Source: Macrostomum lignano | Taxonomy: Eukaryota | DNA length: 64,000 bases | Assembly (NCBI GenBank): GCA_002269645.1 | Contig: NIVC01003797.1 | Span: forward strand, 1 to 64,000 | Direction of reading: 5' to 3' | Shown here: positions 62,818 to 64,000 of the stretch, piece after piece | Layout of the letters: each line of letters starts with the position of its first letter | How positions within the stretch are numbered: the first letter of the stretch is position 1 | Position numbers and translations under genes: made by a program | The notes under the pieces: generated by a model | Told to the model about the DNA's origin: nothing | What the model saw: the letters and a program-made list of their open reading frames with translations, nothing else | Database searches by the model: none

Positions 62818-64000
62818 GTGCAAGGACAACTTAAGTAGTAGGACGCAACACTCGCGTATCGTGTAATTTTTATTGGAGGCATGGTCTTCACAAATATGTA
62901 ATTCGCGACTAGTTGCACGTAGAAAGCTAATTCTTTCGGTGTTAGGTCCAGAATTTTGTTCTTCGTTAAAATGTAAGTAAGCAACCTACAGCTATAATAA
63001 GTATAAAATTTTTGCTTTGTTGTCTTGGTCTCTTGGTCTCTTGTTGACAATTGTAATATAAAGAAACCATGTTTGTCAGCAAAAAAGAAAACAAGAAAAC
63101 CAGTATTTCACAAATCCAAACAAAAAAATGCATAATGTCATTGGCCATTAAAGGAACGTGATATAATTATTTTAATTAGTAGGTGAAGTCAGCTTATCAA
63201 GTTTAGTAAGAAATGAAAACCTGAATGGTTTATAACAACACACACAGTCCTGTGCTCTATTTGTAGCGGTCGAATCCTAGGCTTATGTACGTAGAACTTT
63301 ATACGGCTTACGGGCCTCCAAAAAAATTTCCACGAAAGCTGAGTGTCGCGTCCTATATATAACGTAACTTCAGTTGTCCTTGTACTAGTGATGCAGCTCC
63401 ATGGCAGGCTCTTCAAATACAATAAGTCTGACAGTCCTACAAATCAGAATAGGAAATGTACACACTTTGTGTGACATCAGCGACGAGCTAATTGACTTTT
63501 TACTTAGGAAAACAAGTCATGGTGGTCGTGCATTGCGCAATTGCGTACACGTCCATTTTCACATGGATTTTTTGACATGACATTGAAGAACGTTCCGAGA
63601 CTTATTAGTCTCTTCAAATTAGTTAATAAACATCTTTTAATCCTTTGTCGAGTAGTAAAAGAAAAAAAAGTCCATTGATTGTAAATACTCGTTCACACAG
63701 CATCCAATTATTTTTAAGCCATCAGCCATCAAATTACACGACTGATATGTAATTAACGACGAAATATAAGCTGCATTATGACACGGAATTTGGACTTCTT
63801 TGATTGAGGTGTGACGAGGTTCACAAAGTATCACAACGTTTTTTAGATGCACATAACGGTATAGAATTTCAAGGGGACCTTTAAATCGATACGTAAACCT
63901 TTTATTTGCAAAAAAAACCTGTCAAATATTTTTACGGCAGATCTATCCGCATGCTTTTAACCATTTAAAACTTCTTGAAAACCGGATGAGTAACCTCGAC

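Noticed and set aside
60712-62866. Several overlapping 100-230 aa ORFs (CQPTFAS, AGKRPAG)
   Set aside because: Translations of the repeat arms of the foldback-like element in all frames.

Overview
Eukaryotic (metazoan) genomic DNA with spliceosomal introns, GC-rich exons and many minisatellites. The style resembles a flatworm such as Macrostomum, but that is inference and no database was searched. Four host genes were reconstructed by hand from GT-AG sites and reading phases: a 4-exon PIM-family kinase (-, 5173-9580), an 8-exon FOXRED1-like FAD oxidoreductase (-, 23692-35187), an intronless profilin (-, 37224-37625) and a 4-exon AJM1-like MYND-finger junction protein (+, 51525-58998). Two of these carry a single lesion each: an in-frame TAG in FOXRED1 exon 4, and a one-base frame break just before the conserved AJM1 C-terminal domain. 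About 20 distinct tandem arrays are present; six of the seven FOXRED1 introns and both flanks each carry their own. Mobile DNA includes a complete 1.09-kb TRIM-like LTR element (TG..CA LTRs, PBS, PPT, 4-bp TSD) that interrupts an orphan ORF and two nested hAT elements inside a minisatellite. There is also a 1.9-kb foldback/Merlin-like element with minisatellite arms and an 8-bp TSD, several MITEs, and fossil piggyBac and mariner transposases in an AT-rich block (about 36-50 kb). No rRNA, tRNA or CRISPR array was found.
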